The notes under the pieces were generated by a model. It was not told where the DNA came from. It saw only the letters and a program-made list of their open reading frames with translations, and did not search any database. 64,000 nt of DNA, from the NCBI GenBank assembly GCA_977020255.1, contig CDROCS010000890.1, positions 62,001 to 126,000 of the forward strand. The letters run 5' to 3'. A program made the translations under genes and the position numbers. Numbering within the stretch: position 1 is the stretch's first letter; each line of letters opens with the position of its first letter. This document shows positions 1 through 14,698 of this stretch, in pieces. This DNA comes from Obrimoposthia wandeli. Its lineage: Eukaryota.

Positions 1-399
1 ATTTAGTTAAGTCTCGTCGATAAAATCCGAGCGCCGAGAAGCTATTGTTCGAATCCCAGAAGTTAAACTGTATCGGAAGGACCAATAGACGTACGGAGAC
101 CAACTGTACCTGGAAGGAACGAACTACGCGAAGCATCGGACGAAGATTTTGGGGAGATTTTTTAATCTGACAAAATTCATAATAACTATCTTCTACTCTT
201 ATTGAAACACTATGACTACTTCTTATAGAATCACATGTTTTACTAGCATTTTTATTTTATTTAATTTTTTGCTACAATTTATTATTAAAAGTAATACTAC
301 TTTTGTGCAAAAATTAAAAAGATCATCAATCACAATCATTATTAAATATCCAATTAATATTATAATTAAATTTTTTATACAAATTTTCAATCATACTAT

Positions 400-1019
400 T
401 GTTTGGGTTTCTAATTGAAACTACGATGAGTTCTGTAGCAATATGGCTTACAGATGGATGTGACCTATTTTGGTTTTGTCCTACTTAACTTAGTCTCAAA
501 TCTGAAGGGTTTGTGCAATTGTTTTGCGAGATGTGTAAAGAGTTATGTTCACAAATATAACTAGTAGGGTTTTTACTAATGTAGTGTGATGTGTAAAGGG
601 GTTGGTAGTACTCTATGACTATACGGTACCTGAGATTAATTCTAGTTTAACTGTAAAAAAATTATATTATTATACTGACTAAAACGGTTTTAACCGATTG
701 ACAAGTAGGTTTCCTAAAAACAATTATTTTAACACACCGTAACAAGAGATGACCCTACGCTTTAGCAATCTTCCTAGTAAATTAAGGGTTAAGGGGTTCG
801 CTTCCTAGTTTCAAGTTTTCAAGAATACAATTCAAAACTACTCATTTCTATATATAAGCTTATAGAATGCGTTGCACGATTTAAAATGAATTTCACTTCT
901 CAATTACAATCAATAATTACTATAATTATCGCTTCCAATTACTATCAGCAATACTATAAATTTCACGTTCAATTAAAATCAACAATTACTATAATTTATC
1001 TTAAACTTCAATGCAGCTG
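400..1019 (+). mobile_element. Truncated LTR of the TGTTGGGG/TAACA solo-LTR family
   Basis: Starts TGTTTGGGTTTCTAATTGAAACT and continues GAGTTCTGTAGC...TAGTCTCAAATCTGAAGG, matching the 5' ends at 59818 and 5059 (reverse), with an internal deletion. The 3' end was not found. Confidence 0.55.
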
Positions 1020-1247
1020 TTAAATCTTGCTGTAACGTTTTGTTGTTGTTGTTGAAAACATAGAAAATACTTTCTTGATACGTTCAACTACGTCAAATTT
1101 CTTTGTTGCTTTTGCTGATAAAAATACTCGTACCCAAATGTGCTGTTTTGTTTCTTCTAGTTGTATCAATTCACAGTTTCTTTGAATATCTTCGATAAAA
1201 CCTTCGACATTCTCAAACTTTGGTACTGTTCCAATGGTTTGAAACAT
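1020..1247 (-). pseudogene. Retrotransposon Gag N-terminal-like fragment
   Basis: VPKFENVEGFIEDIQRNCELIQL...VFLSAKA resembles the P-x-F...F...L-x-G-x-A pattern of Ty3/gypsy Gag. Short and isolated. Confidence 0.3.
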
Positions 1248-3382
1248 TGAAGTAACATGTTTATCATGTTAAATTCATTTTATATCCATAGATTCATATC
1301 ACCAATTTATATTGAAACAAAAAACACAACATATAGTAATTGTTTCTTCCTTCGTCCTTGACATTCGACAGAGGTTATAATGTAATAATTCAGTTTTAAA
1401 GCACTTCATATATTCATTCAATCACTCTTGCAAACATATTAGAATCATATAAATAAATATAATAGTTTATAATTAGAAAACCATAAATATTTTTATTGAA
1501 ATGTTTTGAAAATTAAGTTAAGAATATAAATGTTAATTTGCTTAAAGTTTTGAAACTATTTGATTATTTAGACAATGGATGTTGTCATCTTCAATTGATT
1601 CAACTTACAAGGAAACCGTTGATTTAAAATTTTGTTGTTGAAAATATTAAAAGTAACAATAAGATAATTAACTCAAATTATGAAAACGAAAAAATAATTG
1701 AAATAGTCTGCAAACAAGTCAATAAGTTAAAATAAAATATTTTTTCAGTTCAGGTTTACCAATCCTTTGAATCGCTATTTCAAATAATTACTTGCCAATA
1801 TTTGTAACTGATTTTATTGTAATTTTTATTAACATAACAGAAAATCAGAATCATCGTGACAATAAAATAACAAAAAACTGTAATGTGAATAATAAAAAGA
1901 TAATAATAATTAACATAAAATCACTTTAATACAAAATATAAAATTTCAAAATTTATAATTATTTTAAAACAAATTCTTAGAATAAAGCATTTATAAAATT
2001 ACCTAGAATAAATTCCGAAAATTCATTATGGTAATCTCAACATTAATCTAATTAAATACATATTTTTCTGAACATTGTGAAGTAAATATTTTGTTTAAGT
2101 TCAAAAAGATTCAAAAAATACAGCATTTTTCGACTGTCAAGTAAGCTTAATAGAAATCACCCCAGAATCAATTCTCCTCATTTCATTGTGACCATCGAGA
2201 CTGACAACAAAATAATCCTTCAATGTTGATCTTCCTCATTTGTGGTCTATCCTGATCTATCGGTTTAAGTAGTGTCTTTGCTAATTGTTTCACCAAACTG
2301 AGTTTAATTTAAAAAGAATGTAGTAATAATTTTGATTTGTAATCAAAGTAAGCTAGCTACTGTATTAATACTACATGTCAAAGAATTTTTATTTTTTCTT
2401 ACTGTTGTATAAATATTTAAAGCTTAATATCTTTGTATAACCGCGCAGCCGTTTAAGTACCATGTTTACAACTTTCAAATTTTCACAAAACATCCCTTAA
2501 AAATGATAGAAATTGATCCTCCCGAGCAAGATACTCCTATTTGAATACGGAAGTGTCCTTTATATGGCCGACATGAGGAACTAGAAGTGAAGTATTCTCT
2601 TTGCCATTTGACCGAAGGACAGCTTTCAAGCTTAGCTTTTAACTTTTGGAAAATAGTCTCCGATGATTTAGATCAAAAGTGACTCCAACAAATTAATAAA
2701 TAAATGAGATGAAAAACTTCAAAGTTATAAATTTAATTGCATTTTTCAAAATATAAATAAAAAAGCAAATTACATAAAATATCCTGTTTTACTCTTATAT
2801 CCCAAAATTTTAGGAATATTTAAACTATTAAAATTATTATCGATATATACAATTATTTATTAAATAAATTTTATTTAAAACTAAAACAACACCGCTTATT
2901 CATTTGGTAAAATTTCCTTCAATTTGGTTTTCATTCTAATGGACAATGTGGAATGGAGAATTGAACAGTTTTATCCCATGCGGTATTCTTAAATTTTAAT
3001 CATTTCAATTTTACAAGGTTAAAATAATAAATTGACCACGAATTTGTGTGTTAATAATTGTTTAATATACAACAATTAAAAGACAAAATAAGTAATAAAT
3101 CGAATAAATGTATCTTTTAAATTTGTAATATGTTAAATGTTATGCTTGTATTTAGTCATTTTAATAGGTAAAATATATTTTGAGATTGTCTTAAAAATAA
3201 ACTATTTTAAATATTGTAATATTAGTTGAATAAATAAGTGTAACAAAAATTAATCTGAACCACAATTTTTTAAAAATTATTAACTTTTGTTTTTGATATG
3301 ATATAATTAATAAAAATTGTTTATTAAAAAAATAATTATAGAAAACATTTTTTTCAAATCCAATTTGTTTTGAAATTCTGAC

Positions 3383-3417
3383 AGTAGGTGGATATGTCCA
3401 GTCTAATCCATACCCCT
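3383..3417 (+). repeat. Isolated copy of the putative Maverick terminal motif
   Basis: AGTAGGTGGATATGTCCAGTCTAATCCATACCCC aligns without gaps to AGCAAGTGGATGTGTCCGGTCTAATCCACACCCC at 59959. Confidence 0.4.
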
Positions 3418-3697
3418 CTATATAGGTATTAATATTTATGAACGATAAAAATGATATCTGATAAATATTCGCCTTTATTTCAAATTTATTATTTTAATAT
3501 TCAGTTGACCAGTTGGGATTATTCCCTTATAAACCGCTAACGGCCATACATATTTTTTGAAGTAGTTATAAAGCCGTAAAAATGATTAAAGTATATAAAA
3601 GCAAATACAATTTAAATTAAGAACTCTAACGATAAAGTAACAATTCAAAAATTTGTAATCAGTATAAATTGAACACTATGACAAGTTTGAATATATT

Positions 3698-5059
3698 TGT
3701 TAAGATTAGGAAAGTAAAAATAAATTAAATAATAATAATTATATACTTAAATTCTAATCTTAAAATCAAAAGTCAATCAAAAAATTTTATAATTTTATAA
3801 TTAAAAAATTGTTTAAAATTAGATAATAATGAAATAATTTAGGACCTTGAAAAGGTCGTGTGGAATGCGTAAGTATTTAAGGGAATTGATTTTATTTCAA
3901 ATGGCCCAAAAAGTGAATTGAATTAAAGGAATTACGAAAGAATTGCGAATCGTAAAATCAATTAAACTAAACAATTGTGGAAAATTAATTTACGACATTA
4001 TCGCTGAGAAGAAACCCAGCCGCCATCATTAGCTGAACTACAGGAGACGAAATACATTAAGACCTAAAAAGGAATTCATAGAAGAAAATTCACTTGGTCG
4101 GAAGATTTCCAGGCGACAATTTCAGGTAACCACTATATATAAGAAAGATAATTAATTATTATTTTCCTGGCAGAAAATTGAACAGAGTGAGCATTTGGAA
4201 ACGAGAATCAGAACCTCAAGAATGCGACCCGAACCGTACGCTAGAGCAGAGTGAGCAGCCAAATTCTGAGCAGATACTGACTTGAGACGAGGATCCTAGA
4301 TTGCTAAGTCTAGCAAAATTACTGGTGAGAAGCGCGATACTGAGTTTTGAATTCTATATAAATTGAAGTTTTGAAATCTATGTTAATTGAATATTCGTAT
4401 TGAATCTCTGTAATTAAAGTCTACGTTATTAGAACATTTGCGATTTTAAGTCAGTAAAATAAAAGTATTTTAATTGATTATACGCCATATAACCTGCAAC
4501 CATTTAAGTAATTTATTACGTAAAAGTGTTTTATTCGACTACACAGCGTATAGTTAGAAATCAACTAAGTTTGAATTATTGAAAGTGAAAGAGTTTTGTA
4601 ACCAGAAGACTGAACCAAGTAACACATTTTAATTGACTAGGAAGATTTGCTTAAAGCGTAAAATCAGAAGAGTGCCATCTCTCTGTTTTCGTTGTATCTG
4701 AGCTAATATAGTTGTTGTTAGACGTCCTACGTCTCTAATTGTTAGCCCATTTTTAGTTGTGTTATAATAAAATAGTTTTCCTACAAATTGACTAGATAAT
4801 TTCCAGGCGTCAACCGCATAGGCGTAAAACACCACTAATCACATAACACCACATTAGTTGGAAACCCTACCAGTTATTTTGTGAAAACAACTCCTTACAC
4901 ACATCCAAATACAATAGTGACAAAACCTTCAGATTTGAGACTAAAGTTAATTAAGACAAACCTAGATAGGCCACATCCATCTGTAAGCCCTATCGATATA
5001 GAACTCACATTGGGGGCCTCCATACAAGGATCTAAGAGGTACAATTAGAAACCCCCACA
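3698..5059 (-). mobile_element. Solo LTR (Ty3/gypsy-type, 1362 bp)
   Basis: On the minus strand it begins TGTGGGGGTTTCTAATTG and ends CCTAATCTTAACA. The 4-bp TSD TATT is present at 3694-3697 and 5060-5063. Ends are homologous to the copies at 13112 and 25342. Confidence 0.85.
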
Positions 5060-6118
5060 TATTTAACAAGCAAAATAATATCCCATCCATCACATTTAGA
5101 TGTGATATTTATTTTGTAGGCGTTGCAGCGGACTCATTTTTTCAATAAAATTGGAATATGGAAAAAACTGAAATTCTAGATGGTCTGGTAGGACATTTCT
5201 TTGCAAGTGACTGGAAATTTATTTTAAAGAGGTTAAATTTTTTGTTTGCTAACTTGTTAAAGTCTTATTGACCCAAAGATCCTTCAAGCTCAGGAGGTAG
5301 TAACAACTGACATGTTGGATATCATATTTTGTTGTTGAAATTATATCTTAATTGTAATAAAAGTTACTTATTTAAAGTACATAAAATGAAAATTATAATT
5401 AGCAGATCTGCCCTTGATTGAAAATCAGAACAAATATAATTTTTAACAAAACATCGTGAACTAATTTAGATTATCGTTGATGACAAAGATGTAATTTTCT
5501 ATATGTACTAAAAGCACCATTTTTTGGCAGTTTTATATTTTTGTAGTAGTTTAAATTGCACAAATGACGTTTTAGACACAAACATTTAACTTGAAGTCGA
5601 ACTTTTAAACATTGGTAGCTAAATATATTGGTTTATGCCAATAGAGAAAAATAGTTACAAAGAAGTGACATCAACAAAATTAAGTAAAACTCAACACTCC
5701 AAAACGGGGATTTTAGTTTTTTCTTTTATTTCAATTTGGTTATCTGTGGATCAGTGTAGCATTAATGGATTTCCCAAGTTGGTGTGCGAGCTGTATTGAA
5801 GTATTGGTAGAGTGTACGACGGTGCTCGGTAATTGATTATTATCGAGTCAGTAAGCAGCGAGAGATTATCGCAATTTCTATTTTGCAATTGAGTCGTGAA
5901 ATTTAATCAGGCAAGACTGCCGCTTTATTTGGTGAGTCGACAAAAGAGATCATCAGTGACAAGCAGTGGTCAGCATTGCAGAATATCTCTTGTAATACGA
6001 TAAGAAGACATAATTAACCTAGTGTGAGTTGACGTTATGCAAATTAGAAAATGAGTCGCTATGGCTTGTTGCATAATACTTCTTTTCCGATCGTAAAATA
6101 TGAACGCAAGCTCTAGGA

Positions 6119-6570
6119 CAGCGGTTCCCAACCTTTCTGGTGCGGTGACCCCTTGATAACATTTGCCAAGTTGCGGTGACCCATTGATAACATTTGCCAA
6201 GTTGCGGTGACCCCTTGATAACATTTGCCAAGTTGCGGTGACCCCTTTATAACATTTGCCAAGTTGCGGTGACCCCTTGATAACATTTGCCAAGTTGCAG
6301 TGACCCCAAGGATAACATTTGCCAAGTTGTGGTGACCCCTTGATAGCATTTGCCAAGTTGCGGTGACCCCTTGATAACATTTGCCAAGTAGCGGTGACCC
6401 CAAGGATAAAATAATTTTATCAACACAACAATTTGTAATATTTTAACTACAAAAAATTTATTGGCACAACTTGAAACAATTGAATAAAAAAAATTTTTAA
6501 TAAGGCCTTGCTGCCTTAGGCGACTCCAGGCAAATTGTCAGGCGACCCCAGATGGGGTTGGGAACCGCTG
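6119..6570. mobile_element. hAT-family MITE (Charlie-like ends)
   Basis: Terminal inverted repeats (TIRs) CAGCGGTTCCCAACC / GGTTGGGAACCGCTG with a perfect 8-bp TSD CTCTAGGA (6111-6118, 6571-6578). Confidence 0.9.
6141..6408. repeat. 31-bp minisatellite (~8.5 copies) inside the MITE
   Basis: Unit TGCGGTGACCCCTTGATAACATTTGCCAAGT recurs at 6141, 6172, 6203 and onward. Confidence 0.92.
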
Positions 6571-9500
6571 CTCTAGGAATTAATATTTTAAAATATGGGA
6601 TAAATAAATGTATTAGGATATTCTTACTGAAACAGTATTATCATCCCAATTTTCAACCTAGAAGCCGAATTTTGTAAAATGTTGCATTGACCTTTGGTGA
6701 TGTGCGGGTTAAATGATATCGAAATCAAAGTTAATTAGAGATTACATAAATATTGCAAGCTTTAAATTAACTTCATTCTATTTTTAGCAACCCTCTCAGG
6801 TACACAGATTAATATATATATAAATAATTTAGCTTATGACTTAATTTTAGATTTTAAATAAAAATATAATGTCTAAAAAATACAAATTTAAAAAATTGGA
6901 GTTGTTTTAATGTATTTTTTTGTTTCTTAATTGGTATTTGAAGATTTAATTTAAAAAAATTGCTCACCAAAAACGGCTCACTTAACATTAGAATTAAATT
7001 AATCGATATAAATTAAAAAAAACACATCATACCAATTTGAGAAAGATTTTAGGTTTTTATTTATTATATATATACATAGTGAAAGACTATGTAAAAATTA
7101 TCTGAAAAAGTAAATTGTTACCAAATTTTTTTGAGGGTGGTTTATTTATATGTTTTATAATTAAAGATAAATTTGTTTAGTTATTAATTTGCGCAGAACG
7201 TTTCACATGTTGGACTCACATTATTCTTTTGATGGTAAATAAGTCCATGTATCATTTGAAAATGTGACCATCTAGTTGCAAATATGAAGGGACGTTTTCC
7301 CAAGTGTCCTAGACATCGAGTTCGGTATCTAAACCACCTGCGAAAGAACATCTTTTAGAAATAGAAAAAGAGAATAGCTTGACACTCCGAATACAAAAGC
7401 TATCATAGCTCCTTTGAGGGGAAATTCTTCAGCAACTACATGTAGAATAGCCGTCCATTGCAAGTATCTGATGAACTAGCTTACTGCGCTACCTATGTGT
7501 GTTCGTTCAGACTTTGTGCAAACCATTAGCTTTCAAATACAGAAACCTCAACGAATTCACTAACACAAGAAAACCCCACACACCAAGACCCTCAATGGAT
7601 CTTTGTATGATGCTTAGACCTATGAATAATTAATAAGGATTGCCATTCAACAATAGGCAGCGATGTTGCAGTTTTTCAGAGTCAAAATTGGTCAAATTAG
7701 TTTGTCCTTAGTATTTCATTTCACTTTTATTAAAATCTCAAACGAACACACGGAAATAACAAGAATTACATTAATTGATAGGTAAAAAAATGTAGATTTT
7801 ATAATGCTTATTTTATTTCTACATGTTGATTTTTTTATTTAGCAAAATTTTATTAAAATTCAATTATCTAAATTGTCACTTAATTTACAGATTCTAAAAA
7901 CATAAAAATTTTTCCAAAGAAGTTTATTATTTATTATATTATTTTAACCTCATTTACTATTTTTATTTTGAAAAAAATGTTTTATTCCTTAGTTTACTTT
8001 TTTATGTAACCAACCTTGACATTTTTAATGTGGTTATTAAAATATCAGATCCTTTCAGCAGCTTTCAAATTGAGAAAAATGACAAGACGATGGATTGCTA
8101 AATCTGACAAATCCCACAACTTCGATGAGCAGTTGATTGAACCCATTGAAAATTATTCCTCTGCAGCCAAGCATGAAGTAATTGAAGATTTATCATCAAT
8201 CACAAGGCAGTCACCAACAATTAGTCACCAATAATTAGTCATCAGCCTCTGGTATAAAATTTCTATGTTATCTTATGAAGAATGGCTTATTTAAGTTTGC
8301 TAAGTGGAGGATGAAGTGGAAAATGTTAATAAAAACTTCCTTTAAAGCGAAAAAAGACACGAAAGTATCAAATGGGAACAAATTTTTTGCGTAAAAAACA
8401 TGTGAGAACCTTACTTATGCATATAATAGTTACCCGGTATTACAGTTTTTGTTCAATTTCTAGAAACAGTTTCTTTCGTTGCGTTTTACCAACATGTTTC
8501 ATACTTAACAAGGAAAATATATGTAGAAATAACTCGGGAATTCAAATAAATTTTGTTCTAATCTTAATGTAAATATACAGAATTGTACTTAGCACTTACT
8601 CCTTTACATTGGAAAAGTTTAAAAACCAAGATTTCGTGTTCAATTGAAATTGATATTTAAAAAAAATTAACATATAAAAAGAATCAGATCTGGAAATACA
8701 AAACTGCTTATGAAACAATTTAGTGGAGATTTAATATCAAGTGTACTTTTTGTTTCTTAAATATTCCCTAAAACCCAGTTAAAACCGTTTGGCAGGATTC
8801 AATGTCAAATGCCTGTAGGGTTTAATTCAAATATTATGTGAAAATTAATCGGGTTTTCGTGCGAGGGTTACTCAATTTCGGACAGATGAAACGGCGCGTC
8901 TGTAACATGATTTGGAATAAGGTTTATACGATGTTTTAATATAGTATGCATTTGTGTTAAAATATTGAAATGGCCACACTACAAAACAATGAGTAACTTT
9001 TAGATGGCATGTAACGTTTACGCGACTTTTAAAAAAGTGTTAACCCTCACATTCAAACAATTTTTTCAGTAAACTTTTCTCGTGCGTGTAACAGTCACGT
9101 AGTATTACAAAATACTGATATTTTTAATATGATGTAATTTTGAAAAATTCAGTTTTTCTTCATTTAATCGATTGTTTCTGCATGGATAATGAAAATATGT
9201 TTTGTTATAACTTTAGAAATGTAATCCCATATTATGTTCGTAAAGCGTTTTTATTATATACCGTCATTTTATATCATGAACACTTCGAAAATTTCAGACA
9301 TATTCTATTATAAATAGAAAATAAATTATGAACAGTGAAATTAAATATTTTTATAGAGAAATTACAACAATTATGTATACTTTTACTTTATTTTATTTCA
9401 AAAATTTTTAAAATATACTTTTTCTAGAACATTTTCTAGAACATTATTATATTTCGATAAATACTAATGAAAACTGTATCAGAAAATAGTTTACAAATGC

Positions 9501-11120
9501 TCAAATATAATAATTTCCAAAATTAGCTATAAATTTATGAAATTTATTTTCCTTTATATGACAATAATGTAACAGCATATTCACCATTAATAAGTCATTT
9601 GCTGGGGCCTTTGGAGCTATCATTGCTTCATTCCATAATTTAAACATACAGAGTGGTGACGAAGATGCAAAGTTCTGTGATGCCACCCAACTCTTGATCA
9701 GGAAGTTGAAACTGCTTGCGAAAGAGAAAAATCTTTATTGCGTAAATTGCTTTGGACATCCATCAAGCATTACTCATTTAACCTGGTGCTCCGAAACTAA
9801 CATCACCACCACCTTCAGAACCACGGATGAACAAGAGAGATAAATGCAAAAGCTCTTTGTTATCCTCTCGTGGGTGATCTCCATTTGCTAACACTTCCTG
9901 TAAGTATGGGATCATGGCCACTCTGTGATCTTTGTATTCGCAATTGAGGTACATCCATGCCTCTTCCGGTTGTATGGCCAAAAAATTGTTCACGTACAGA
10001 TGAATCCATTGCCCTTGGAAATTCTTGAATAAGGTTATGTCTGGTTCAGTGCTGGCTCCAAGTGTAGTCTTGAGCACTTCTCCTAACACTAGATCCAACA
10101 TATGGTGGCGGCATGCAAACCAAATCAATTATTTGTTCAATTTATTTTCAATAAGAATACATGGACCTTTGGTTAGACCTGTATTTGAGGATGTCGTGTC
10201 GAAGCATAACACCTGAATATTGTCCTCAAGGCTCCAATCATCGATTGCTTTGAAACAAGCCGCAGCCTGAAGTTCTCCAATACCACTGTTGATTTTAGGA
10301 ATCACTAGTAATTTGTCCCTTCAGATACTAATATGGATATTCGATCCACTTTTGACATGTGTTGACAGAGGTCCGGTAATAACTTACCATCCCAATGAAG
10401 GATCATATGTGTTACTTGTTTGGCATTCGAGAAATTCACCTTGATTTCAGCACGTTTCTCTATTCTGTGCATCATTCTCGCATCCCACACATAACTCCTA
10501 GACAGTGTGACCCTGTCCAAATCAATACCCACGGATTGCACTGCAGCCGCCAGGACAAATGCTGCACTCCTATCACTCAGGTGTACTCGATCAAGTGAAC
10601 CAGATAACTCACGTGACAGGACAGATATCTTCAATTTTGGTTTTGTTCATTCATCTTCATCTTCATCAACAACATCTTCATCTTCTTTATCAATCATTTG
10701 TGTTTTGGTCAACATATTCTTTCTCTCTTCCTCCACCTTTTTCTGACGAATCCTCTCCCTTTCTTTCAGCCGTCGCCTTCTCTCCTCCATCAGAGTCAGC
10801 TCAATGTCAATACCGTACATTCGTTGGTCGCGAGTATCCTCACGCTGACTAATCTGGAACTGTTGATCTTCATCGATTGTTGCAAGCGCACGAAGGTGGG
10901 CGACATAAAACAGTTCTGGTAAATCCTCTATGAATAGCCCTTCATTCAATTTAGCTAACTTACGTTCGTCATTCATATGCCTTTTCAGTCCATTATACCG
11001 GTTCACTAACTTTGTCAGCTTTGAAATCGCTTTCTCCGCGGTCATTGTAAGTATTCTGGCTCTGTTCCAAAAGTCATACACCTTCTCCAAGGTCAGCTGG
11101 CAACTCTTCCTCACTTCCAA
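9501..11120 (-). pseudogene. hAT-superfamily (hATm-like) transposase, fragmented
   Basis: Collinear minus-strand fragments: FWNRARI..., LSDRSAA, ILHWDGKLLPDL...DRISILVS, CFDTTSSNTG (about 10170-10210, read by hand), ACRHHMLDLVL, PREDNKELL. Several stops and frameshifts. Candidate 5' terminus TAGGATTGGAATAGG at 12497; the other end was not found. Confidence 0.78.
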
Positions 11121-13111
11121 TGATGGGACATAAATTTCAGCAAAACATCATGGTTCGAAGGTAGGCTCTGTCCTAGAATGTGCTCTGTAGCAAAGCCGAT
11201 AAGCCAGCATCCAGAGTCTGAACGCAGTTTTCTAGCCATCAGTTATATTTAGACCTTGTCAACCATACAATATGCATGGCATTTATAACATACTATTTCT
11301 ATGAATTAATGATTTAAATCAATGATTTTTTTATATCTTGCAAAATTTGTGGAGTGGTTCCCATTATCCTGGGGACTTGAAATTTTGCTTACAGACTAAT
11401 ATATACATATGGAACAAGAAAATCGAGGGAGCGAAGCTGATTTCTAAAGTTTTGGTTTATGCATGTAGTTTTAAACCACTCTACTGAACAAGGATATGTG
11501 TCATTGGACATGAATATGTAATTTATTATAAGAAATATAAGAAAATTGTATTTTCAGAAAATATTTACAGGGTTTTAGAAGACGTCTTGGCATAAAAAAT
11601 TCAAATATCCCAAATATTACTGATTATTTTAAAATATTTAATTATATTTATTTTAACATTTTAATTTTTAATTTTTTTTTCGGTCCGTCGGAGCTTTTGT
11701 TATGACTCAAATATCATAAAATTGAAATAATAAGAAATTTTCTAAAATTTAAATTCCAAATTGTTTATGATTTTTGAATATTATTTTTCATTACAAATGA
11801 TTTATTTCAAAAATTCAATAATTTAACTTCAAAATATAATATTTTAAATGATTATTAATTTTAATTTAAATAAATTACAAAACGAAATATTTGTTTAATT
11901 TTACAGTTATTATTAACCATGAGCATGATTAAAAAAATAGAAAATGCATGTTTTAACCATATTTAAATATTTTGAATTAATTTTGTTAAAATACTATCCT
12001 TATGATGATAATCAGAAAACTATATAAATAGCTTAACACTTCACGAAAGAGAAACACTCAGACACAAACACGAGTAAATTATATTTGAGGCTCTTAAAAG
12101 CGGTGTAATTGTGTTGGTAAATGTTGAAAATAAATGTTCTTAGTTGTGCTTTTTTAATGTATATGAAAAGAAGGGTTCCAAATAGAGCATACAAAACCTG
12201 CGTACCAGTGAGTGCTTTCTGTGTACCTTTTGAGTGTTTCTGATCTTTTACAGTAGAATGAAGTGTTGTATCCGGAACTTGTAAAAAAGAGGGCAGCGTA
12301 CCCCTCTCCTGAGGGGTCTTTGTTCCCAAGTTTCAGGAATGACATTTTATACTATTTAAGTACCCCATTAACTTAATTTTCAAATTCTAGTCTACAACCT
12401 TGGCCACCTTTTTACACATAGGCACGAAATTTCCCTCCAGAGACTCATATGGTGGGGAAGGGGTGGATAGAGCGCATGAATACCTATTCCAATCCTATAT
12501 TATGACAATTTTAGCATTGATCTGTAACATAAGACGAACGATAACTAAGCTACGTCTCAAATGCGGTCTTTAATTTAATCTTGTCTTACAGACCAGAAGC
12601 GCATTTTATTTCTCAATTGTAAAACAGGATTAAATACAGCAGATACTACTTAATGATATACAATTAAATTATCATAAAAAGAAAAAAAAATTAATTATAA
12701 CGATAATGAACGCTAAATGATAGAAAAATAGTAACATAAAAATTATTGACAAAATTTATTAATTCAAAATTTGTACAAATAGATGGCCACAGTGAATATG
12801 TGTCGCGATAAAATTTACTCTGATATTCTGTTTATTAGATTTGATGAGATTGACTAATTTCTCTTATTTCTGTGAAATAATTTATTCCTGTATTTTGTCC
12901 CTTTTAATTATTTTTTAATTAAATGTAATATTCATATTTACGAAATATCTCTGGCCAGGACTATAAATAAAGCCACTTAATTTAATATTTTAATTTGGCC
13001 GTTTCTGGACCTCGACAAAATATTGTCGGTTAAGTTTTCTTATTTTGCTACACAAACCTTTGTCTTTCGATACTGCAGTAGACATTTTTAGAACAAAAAC
13101 ACTTTTACTAG

Positions 13112-14698
13112 TGTTGGGGTTTCTATATGAAACTTATAGATCCTCTTGAATATGGACGGCCCCAACGTGAGTTCTTATAGAAGCAGGACTTAAGGATGGT
13201 TGTGGCCTACTTAATGTTATAGTTGCCTGTCTCAATTCTTATCTGAAGGTGTTTGTTTTTTGATGTTTCTTAATCTGAAGGGTTTAGAACAATGCTTTCT
13301 AGTTGTAGGAAATCGTTTATTGTTAACACACTAGACTAACACAAAGCAATACGTTTACGTACGTATTTCTAAAAAGTTACAGTAAAATTCCTAATACTTC
13401 TGTAAGTCTCTACACAAGTGGGGATGAACCACGTATCGATTTTACTTTAGGTTTGGTTAATTTCGTAGAGTCTTTACTCTAAACTATGGGTAAGTTCAAG
13501 GTTATGGATTTTATAGAGCTGGTTGCTTTAAAAGTATGGGTCGATTTTAGATAGAGTAACCACTCTAATATGAATATACTTTCTTATCGATGATCGACGT
13601 AATTCAACTTCAAAACTTCTCCAAATTATAATGTAATTTAATTTCAACTTTTCACAAAATTATTACACAATTTAATTCAAAACTTCTTCCAAATATAATG
13701 TAATTTAATTAAACTCAATTATATAATTCGCAATTTAACATTCAAAACTTCTTTCAAATATAGGCAATTTAATTCAACTCAATTATATAATTCGCAATTT
13801 AACTTTCAAAACTTCTTTCAAATATAGGCAATTTAATTCAACTCAATTATATAATTTGCAATTTAACTTTCAAAACTTCTTTTAAATATAGGCAGTTTAA
13901 TTCACTAGTCTCACCAATCTTTTAACCACAACTTCTTTTAAATATAGGCAGTTTAATTCACTAGTCTCACCAATCTTTCTTCCGAGTTGCTTGAACTGTT
14001 CCTAGTCGTCCCGATGCGATCTAACCCAAGTGTGCTTGATTCCGCTGGCACTGTCCCAATTTTCGCGGATGTTTCGCAGTGATTTCAATTTTCTGGAGTC
14101 TGTAGCAGAAGGACTCTCTTTTATATAGTTTCAATTGGCCTGGAAAATAATCAAAACTGCACTCTATTTAAGGGCTCTTACGTGTTTTCTGTCTGACGCT
14201 AATGGATGTTGGATGGATGTCGGCCTATTCTGGTCGGCGGACAACTGTTTCCAGGAAGTAAAGGCAATTAGGAATCACTTAAATAAGTGCTCTTACGTTT
14301 TTGACTAGACTGCTGGTTGCGGAGAGCTGCTCTGAAATCCGGGATAGTTTGTCTGGTGCTAAGTGGCGCTAATAATTGATTGTAACTTCTAATAATTGAT
14401 TGTAACTTTTCGCAATAATCTTCTTGGCGCTAATAATTGATTGTAACTTCTTTGTAATCTTCTTTGTAATCTTCTTTTTACTATGTATTTTCGGGACCCT
14501 TTGCTTTTAGTTTTAACCTCCTATATACTGCACATCGTACATGACCTTCGTGGTCTTTAATATTCAGTTTACCTTTTAATTTTAACAATTTAATTCTAAT
14601 ATTTAATTTTATTTAATTTACAACCTTGCTTTCAAGGATTCTTATTTCACTATAAATTCGATTAATTATTTTATTTTTATCAATTCCTAAACCTAACA
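13112..14698 (+). mobile_element. Solo LTR (Ty3/gypsy-type, 1587 bp)
   Basis: TGTTGGGG...CCTAACA termini with the 4-bp TSD CTAG at 13108-13111 and 14699-14702. Confidence 0.9.
13600..13975. repeat. Degenerate ~63-bp tandem array inside the solo LTR
   Basis: Recurrent AAAACTTCTTTCAAATATAGGCAATTTAATTCAACTCAATTATATAATTCGCAATTTAAC units. Confidence 0.75.

Noticed and set aside
2100-2700. Possible piggyBac transposase C-terminal relic
   Set aside because: Only vague Cys/Lys patterns, with no catalytic motif or TTAA-flanked ends.
5970-6403. Three overlapping ORFs with repetitive peptides
   Set aside because: Artefacts of the 31-bp minisatellite in a MITE.
7200-7700. Possible minus-strand exons of a membrane protein
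   Set aside because: Splice-like signals exist, but the frames could not be joined without stops.
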